Shown here: piece by piece, positions 27,059-32,000 of the stretch
How the letters are laid out: each line of letters begins with the position of its first letter
Position numbering within the stretch: position 1 is the stretch's first letter
Assembly (NCBI RefSeq): GCF_003231495.1
Contig: NZ_PQWO01000008.1
Coordinates: 60,001 to 92,000 of the forward strand
Source of the DNA: Acaryochloris thomasi RCC1774
GTDB lineage: Bacteria > Cyanobacteriota > Cyanobacteriia > Thermosynechococcales > Thermosynechococcaceae
DNA: 32,000 nt
Direction of reading: 5' to 3'
The notes under the pieces: model-generated
What the model saw: the letters and a program-made list of their open reading frames with translations, nothing else
Databases searched by the model: none
What the model was told of the DNA's origin: nothing
Translations under genes and position numbers: made by a program

Positions 27059-27625
27059 CTAAGGGTTGATGGATTTCACGGCCCGGTGGGAAAAGCCTTG
27101 CTTCGAGAGGGCCTGACCCAGCTGTAGCTGATTCTCAACGCGATCAACAAACATCACCCCGGTTAGGTGATCAATCTCGTGCTGAATCGCCCGCGCAAGT
27201 AGCTCAGTAGCCCATATTTTTTGAGGCCTACCCTGTTCATCTTTGTAAGCAACTTCAATCGCTTCGGGACGGGTCACGTCTAAATAAACCCCAGGAATGC
27301 TGAGACAGCCTTCTTGATCGGCGACGAGATCATCACTTCGCTTGCGGATTTGCGGATTGATTAAAATCAACGGTGAGTTAGCGGCTTCGTCGGGGTCAAT
27401 ATCTACAACAATCACCTGCTTCGGTACTGCAACCTGCGGTGCAGCCAGACCAATGCCGTCAGCACTATACATCGTCTGCAGCATCTCTTTAACCAACTGC
27501 CGAATATCGTTGTTGACCTGAGACACCCGCTTGGCAGGCTGACGCAGGACGCGATCGCCCAAAGTATGAATATTAAGAGGGGGACTCTTGAGCTTGCGTT
27601 TATCAAAAACAACTTCAGAAGACAT
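27059..27625 (-). CDS. def: Peptide deformylase
   Basis: Three deformylase motifs: GIGLAAPQV, EGCLSIPG and QHEIDHL. The likely start is MSSEVV at 27625. The 219-aa ORF reaching 27718 is an over-extension. Confidence 0.92.
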   Translation of the reverse strand: MSSEVVFDKRKLKSPPLNIHTLGDRVLRQPAKRVSQVNNDIRQLVKEMLQTMYSADGIGLAAPQVAVPKQVIVVDIDPDEAANSPLILINPQIRKRSDDLVADQEGCLSIPGVYLDVTRPEAIEVAYKDEQGRPQKIWATELLARAIQHEIDHLTGVMFVDRVENQLQLGQALSKQGFSHRAVKSINP

Positions 27626-27808
27626 AAGCGGCAACAGATGTGCAGTAACGTTTGCTAGCTTTATTGTACTCAATTTAATCCGCCCACTCTTGATGGGCAA
27701 AAGACTAATTCTGCTCAAGTCTCTGGTACAGAAGGCAAAAGGCTGTCAACGGCCAGAGAGTAGAGTGGTATTAATTGATCGAAACAACTCCATGTGAGGA
27801 GGCACAAC

Positions 27809-28993
27809 ATGCTGACCTATGTGCTGGTCTGGATTATGGGTTTAGGGAGTTTAGGTCTCTACCTGGCAGCCTACTTATTCCCCGAGGTCCACCGTAAGAA
27901 TGACTTTATTTGGGGTGGAGTAGGGCTGTTTTATGCCCTCGTTCTGTGGGCCAATGCCAAAACGATTCCAGGGAGTCTGCTATTAGGTCAAATTGCCAGC
28001 GTTAGCCTGATCGTCTGGCTGGGCCAACAGACGATTCAGCAGCGCGCGTCATTAGCCTCACCTGACATCCCCCGTCCTGAGTCAGGGTCAGTAAGCGGTC
28101 GTCTTCGAGGCATTGTGCTTCAGGCATGGAAGCTGATCGAGCCACTCATCGCCTTGATTTCAGGCTTCGTTGCCAAAGTACTCGAAAAGCCTCAAGAGGC
28201 AAACATTGCAGAGATCGAAGTAGGGGTTACCGAGGAGGCAAAACCGAACTTTCTCAATCAGCTCACTGATCCCCTCTCTAATTTGTCAGGCAATTTGACT
28301 GGGTTATTTAAGTCCGGTGAGAAAAGTCCACAAACCGTCAATACTGTAACTATCAAGGCAACACCGGCCTCTGAAGATACAGTAAAAGGCAAAGCCGCAT
28401 CAGTGGTGACGGAGCCTGCAAGCAAAGAAACACCGCAGAACCTCGATCCGGTTGGGGACGCTCCAGAAAAAGCAGCAGAAGCTGAAGTTTCACCGCCGCC
28501 GGAGGTTGAAACACCTCCATCTACTGAAAATCCATCAGAGCCTCTAGACGTTTCTAGCGCACAAGAAGAAGAAACGTCGGAATCCCCCATCACCGTTGAA
28601 GTACCGATGGCGGAAACAGAGGCGACTCAAACAGAAGCCACCCGTGAGGTTAGTCAAGAGAATGGAGATGAAATCCCAAACGCGACCGAACCGGTAGATC
28701 CACAATCAGCTTTGCCACCTGTAGAAATAGATACAGATAGCCCTTCCCATTCTTCTGAGACTATTGAGGTACAACCTCCAGCAGAACAAGAACAAGCTGC
28801 TGCAACAACCTTTGACACACCTGTTTCAGAGGGAGACACCTCTGAAACAGAGAATTCTGATGCGGTCGGGAAGGATTCCACGACCGCAGAGACATCGGTT
28901 GAATCTAAGACGACACAGACGGCAATAAACAGCGGCGATCTGCAGCCAGAAGACAAGCCCGAAGAATGGACTGCGCCTGATCCACTGGCTTAG
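27809..28993 (+). CDS. ycf66: Ycf66-family membrane protein with a long acidic Glu/Thr/Pro/Ser-rich C-terminal tail
   Basis: The N-terminal ~90 aa (LGSLGLYLAAYLFPEVHRKNDFIWGGVGLFYALVLWANA...LLLGQIASVSLIVW) resemble Ycf66. The ATG at 27809 is preceded by GAGGAGG. The remaining ~300 aa are low-complexity and acidic. Confidence 0.7.
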   Translation: MLTYVLVWIMGLGSLGLYLAAYLFPEVHRKNDFIWGGVGLFYALVLWANAKTIPGSLLLGQIASVSLIVWLGQQTIQQRASLASPDIPRPESGSVSGRLRGIVLQAWKLIEPLIALISGFVAKVLEKPQEANIAEIEVGVTEEAKPNFLNQLTDPLSNLSGNLTGLFKSGEKSPQTVNTVTIKATPASEDTVKGKAASVVTEPASKETPQNLDPVGDAPEKAAEAEVSPPPEVETPPSTENPSEPLDVSSAQEEETSESPITVEVPMAETEATQTEATREVSQENGDEIPNATEPVDPQSALPPVEIDTDSPSHSSETIEVQPPAEQEQAAATTFDTPVSEGDTSETENSDAVGKDSTTAETSVESKTTQTAINSGDLQPEDKPEEWTAPDPLA

Positions 28994-29061
28994 ATGCTCT
29001 TAGCACTGGCACTAACGCTCAGCAAGACTGAAGCATAGCTCCACGGCCCCAGTACGCTATG

Positions 29062-30534
29062 CTATCGAACTGGAACCGGTACGTCTCGAACCATTTGGAG
29101 GATGCCGACAAAAACGGTAAAGAACTCCAGGCGTCCCAGGAACATACCAATGCTTTGCACCCAAAGCAAGCCAGTCGGGGCATCTGCCGCAGTGACCCCA
29201 ATCGACAGCCCCACCGTTCCTAATGTACTGGCGTACTCAAACAAGCTGTCCTTAAGAGGGTAACCGTAGGCGGCAGTAATGCTGCTGCCAATCCCAAAAA
29301 CAAGCAGGTATAAAAAGACAAACAGCGCAATTTGGCGAATTTTAGCATCGCTGAGGAACTGTCTTTGCTCACCCTGCCAAGCATCTGGTTCGGTAACGGC
29401 GCTTTTAGGTAGCAGCATCCGTCGGACTTCCCAGATCAATGCTCTGTAAAGTACATAGATTCGATGTTGCTTGATACCCCCAGCAGTAGAGCCAGATCCA
29501 CCGCCGATAAGCATTAGGGGAATCATGACTAACCATCCGAAACTATTCCAGTCTCCATAGCCAACGGTGGAAAATCCTGTGGTGGAGAGGGCAGTTACGG
29601 TTTCAAAAATGGCGACCCGGATCGCTTTCTCTAGGGTGGGATAAAGTCCGGTCGTTACACCCAGCAAGAGGAGCAGAGCACACAGAGGAATCATCAATGC
29701 CTGTAGGCGGATCTCACCGTTGCGAATCACCGCTTTGAACTTGCCTGTGAGCAGCAGGTAGCCTGTGACAAAACTCAGGGTACCAAACAGCATCAGTACA
29801 ATTGTGACGGCTTCCACCGCCGGACTATCCCAGTAACCAATCGAATCTGTTCGCGTCGAGAACCCGCCTGTGGAGAGAGCTGCGAAAGAGTGGTTCACGG
29901 CATCAAACCAGCCCATCCCAGCCACTCGAAGGGCAACAATTCCGATGGCGACGTAGCCGCTGTAGAGACTCAAGACAAGTTTGCCTGACCGACGAACGTT
30001 GGGGGCGAGCTGATCACTGCGGCCTTCTGCAGAAGATAGGCCAGATCCTGAGGGACCGGCTAAGGCGCTGAGAGTGATAATCGCTAGACCTGCGCCTCCG
30101 GCTAGCTCAATGGTGCTCCGAAACAAAAGAATTAAATGGGAGGCTTGGGTCACGTCTACGACCGATAGGCCCGTTGTGGTCCAGCCGCTGGTGGACTCGA
30201 AGATGGCCTGGGTAAAGGTGAGATCTTGGATCGTGATGAAGGGGATGGTGCCAATTGAGATCGCAACAATCCAAGACAAAACCACAATCACGGCCCCCTC
30301 TGGCAAAGTCAAACTCACACTCTTTTTGGGAGCAAGTTCTTTCCACAGCAATAGACCGACTAGCGCCATACCCAGCCCCGGCAGAAGAAGCCCCCAAGCG
30401 AGGGACAGCTCTTCAGGGTAAAAGATCAGGGCTAGCAGAGGGGCCAGAATCGTCAGACCAGAAATAAAACACACCAGTCCGGTGTAGCCAAAAATCGCTC
30501 GGTAGCGCTGGCGCAGCAGTTGATGATATCGCAT
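29062..30534 (-). CDS. trkH: TrkH/KtrB-family potassium transporter membrane subunit
   Basis: 490 aa and polytopic, with repeated selectivity-filter-like motifs (SGWTTTGLS, ALSTGGFS, ALSTTGFST, LGTVGLS). Confidence 0.88.
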   Translation of the reverse strand: MRYHQLLRQRYRAIFGYTGLVCFISGLTILAPLLALIFYPEELSLAWGLLLPGLGMALVGLLLWKELAPKKSVSLTLPEGAVIVVLSWIVAISIGTIPFITIQDLTFTQAIFESTSGWTTTGLSVVDVTQASHLILLFRSTIELAGGAGLAIITLSALAGPSGSGLSSAEGRSDQLAPNVRRSGKLVLSLYSGYVAIGIVALRVAGMGWFDAVNHSFAALSTGGFSTRTDSIGYWDSPAVEAVTIVLMLFGTLSFVTGYLLLTGKFKAVIRNGEIRLQALMIPLCALLLLLGVTTGLYPTLEKAIRVAIFETVTALSTTGFSTVGYGDWNSFGWLVMIPLMLIGGGSGSTAGGIKQHRIYVLYRALIWEVRRMLLPKSAVTEPDAWQGEQRQFLSDAKIRQIALFVFLYLLVFGIGSSITAAYGYPLKDSLFEYASTLGTVGLSIGVTAADAPTGLLWVQSIGMFLGRLEFFTVFVGILQMVRDVPVPVR

Positions 30535-30540
30535 ATCTTT

Positions 30541-31206
30541 CTAGGTTCCCTCACCCGTTAGTACCCGCAAAAATGGCCCATAGTGTTCTGGGCGACTCAC
30601 CAACACAAGGCGATCATTGACCTGCAGCCGAGTCCACCGTTCTGGCGAGACCAAGTATTGATTGCGAATAATGCAGGTGATTTGAGCCTGACTGGAAATT
30701 TCTAGCTCTTTGATGGTTTTGCCAACGGCAGGACTGTCTTCATTAAGAGCAATTTCAACCACGCCGACCTCGCCCTCCGCGGCTGACATGACGGTTTTGA
30801 TATCTTCTTGCTCAAGCTGCTGTTCAATCAGGCTGGCAATAATCTCGGTGGCGGAGAAGGCAATTGAGATGCCTAGTTCCTGAAAAATCGCCTGGTTATC
30901 TGGATCATTCACCAGTGCCAGTGTGCGCGAGACATCGTACTGTTTCTGAGCGACCTGACAGGCAGCTAGATTATTCTGATCTTCCGCCGTCAACGCCAGC
31001 AGTGCATCAGCGCGGTAGGCTTCTGCATCCTTGAGAGTCGCTGGATTGCTGCCGTCGCCCACCATCACCGTTGCTTTGAACTGACGAGAGAGGGTTGTTG
31101 CTTCGGCAGAATCGTGCGTGATGATTGTTAGGTGATAGCCCTTGCTGGCAAACTGTCGGGCCAAAAAGTAAATGAGCTTACCGCTCCCCACCAAAATGAG
31201 TCTCAT
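30541..31206 (-). CDS. trkA: TrkA/KtrA-type regulatory subunit (RCK N plus C domains)
   Basis: A Rossmann-like N-terminus (MRLILVGSGKLIYFLARQF, with an atypical GSGKLI glycine motif) followed by a C-terminal RCK_C-like region (VVEIALNEDSPAVGKTIKELE). The start overlaps the upstream stop (ATGA). Confidence 0.85.
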   Translation of the reverse strand: MRLILVGSGKLIYFLARQFASKGYHLTIITHDSAEATTLSRQFKATVMVGDGSNPATLKDAEAYRADALLALTAEDQNNLAACQVAQKQYDVSRTLALVNDPDNQAIFQELGISIAFSATEIIASLIEQQLEQEDIKTVMSAAEGEVGVVEIALNEDSPAVGKTIKELEISSQAQITCIIRNQYLVSPERWTRLQVNDRLVLVSRPEHYGPFLRVLTGEGT

Positions 31207-31631
31207 GCGCCCACCTCCTGAGGCTGATTGAAGACCTGCAGGAATGCCTCTGCAGAGAGTTTCGTCGGGCTAATCGTTGCAATGCCCAGTTGTTCGTACA
31301 TTTCCTCTTTACCGGGGTCAAAGACGCGAGCTAGCACCTTAGGAACATCAAATACGGTTTTTGCCACCTGAGCCACCATTAGGTTGATGTTGTCTTGATC
31401 GGTGACGGCAAACAGACAGTCGGCCTGGTTGGTTTTGGCCTGCTCTAACACCGCTAACTCGACAGCATCTCCGATCACTTGGAAGCCACTGAATTCACTG
31501 GAAAGACCGCTGAAATTTTTCTCGTTACAGTCAATTGCGACAACGCTATGACCTTGACCACTTAAGCGACTGGCAAGGATTGAGCCTAAGCGGCCACACC
31601 CAACCACGACAATATACAAAGACTGTGCCAT
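31203..31631 (-). CDS. TrkA-N (RCK N-domain only) NAD-binding protein
   Basis: IVVVGCGRLGSILASRLSGQGHSVVAIDCNE has a canonical GxGxxG Rossmann motif. At 142 aa there is no RCK_C domain. It is the first gene of the trk operon. Confidence 0.8.
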   Translation of the reverse strand: MAQSLYIVVVGCGRLGSILASRLSGQGHSVVAIDCNEKNFSGLSSEFSGFQVIGDAVELAVLEQAKTNQADCLFAVTDQDNINLMVAQVAKTVFDVPKVLARVFDPGKEEMYEQLGIATISPTKLSAEAFLQVFNQPQEVGA

Positions 31632-31761
31632 ATTGATCCTTTCGTTGCGTAAAAGAAATTTTTAGACACTTGATATGACAGATGATGATCGTCTGAAGGG
31701 GCGAATGATCAAATGTCCTATGAAGAGAAAAGTGATGTGAGCGCTATATGCTAGCGAAGCT

Positions 31762-32000
31762 CTATAGCGTTGGCCTGTTGCTCGGATCTTCTGTTGCGCG
31801 GTCTAAATTTTGCTTCGCTGATTCAAAAGTCGGATCTAAATCAATCGCGACCCGATAATTCTTGAGTGCTTCTAGACGATCACCCAACGTTTCCTGCAGC
31901 ATTCCCAGCAAGTCAAAGGCTTCAGGACGAGACGGGTCAGAGCCGATGGCCTTTTTGGTTTGTGCGATCGCAACCTCAAACTGTCGCTCACTGGCCTGAT
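31762..32000 (-). CDS. TPR-repeat protein, C-terminal fragment (5' end lies outside the window)
   Basis: This is my own minus-strand translation, open from the window edge: ...QFEVAIAQTKKAIGSDPSRPEAFDLLGMLQETLGDRLEALKNYRVAIDLDPTFESAKQNLDRATEDPSNRPTL, ending with TAG (complement of 31762-31764). The pattern is TPR-like. It is absent from the ORF track because it has no in-window start. Confidence 0.6.
   Translation of the reverse strand, partial: QASERQFEVAIAQTKKAIGSDPSRPEAFDLLGMLQETLGDRLEALKNYRVAIDLDPTFESAKQNLDRATEDPSNRPTL

Noticed and set aside
28258-28956. Two ~100-aa minus-strand ORFs antisense to the ycf66 tail.
   Set aside because: They are a by-product of the GA/CT-rich low-complexity coding of the acidic tail. 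Their Ser/Gly/Ala-rich translations have no start context or family match.

Overview
The window reads as a chromosomal segment of a cyanobacterium. Evidence for that: at least 16 exact copies of the HIP1 palindrome GCGATCGC, a Ycf66-family gene, a DUF3038/DUF4335 pair, DapL-type lysine biosynthesis and a RemA-like gene. I call 33 protein-coding regions (two truncated by the window edges) and one tRNA-Arg(UCU). Packing is dense and most genes are housekeeping: proC (partial), era, a GH13 glycosidase, msrB, recA, xseA/xseB, a GPH-type MFS transporter, purN, tatC, ppa, dapL, ino1, def-dprA and a Trk potassium-uptake operon. I found no rRNA, CRISPR array, intact IS element or prophage. Nothing here can be shown from sequence alone to be a new multi-gene system. 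The best candidates for a second look are: (1) an orphan TerB-N/TerB/TerB-C protein lying tail-to-tail, with overlapping stop codons, against a DUF4262 gene in an SDR-DUF4262 pair; (2) a TPR-CHAT protein packed directly behind def-dprA that seems to lack the CHAT catalytic cysteine; (3) a single-copy HUH (IS200/RayT-like) protein that keeps HUH but seems to have lost the catalytic tyrosine; (4) a canonical-looking NtcA-type promoter in a 440-bp ORF-free AT-rich gap; (5) a Trk operon with a split, partly degenerate TrkA; (6) several hairpins and repeats near tRNA-Arg and ppa. All domain calls come from reading the supplied translations against remembered family motifs. No searches were run.
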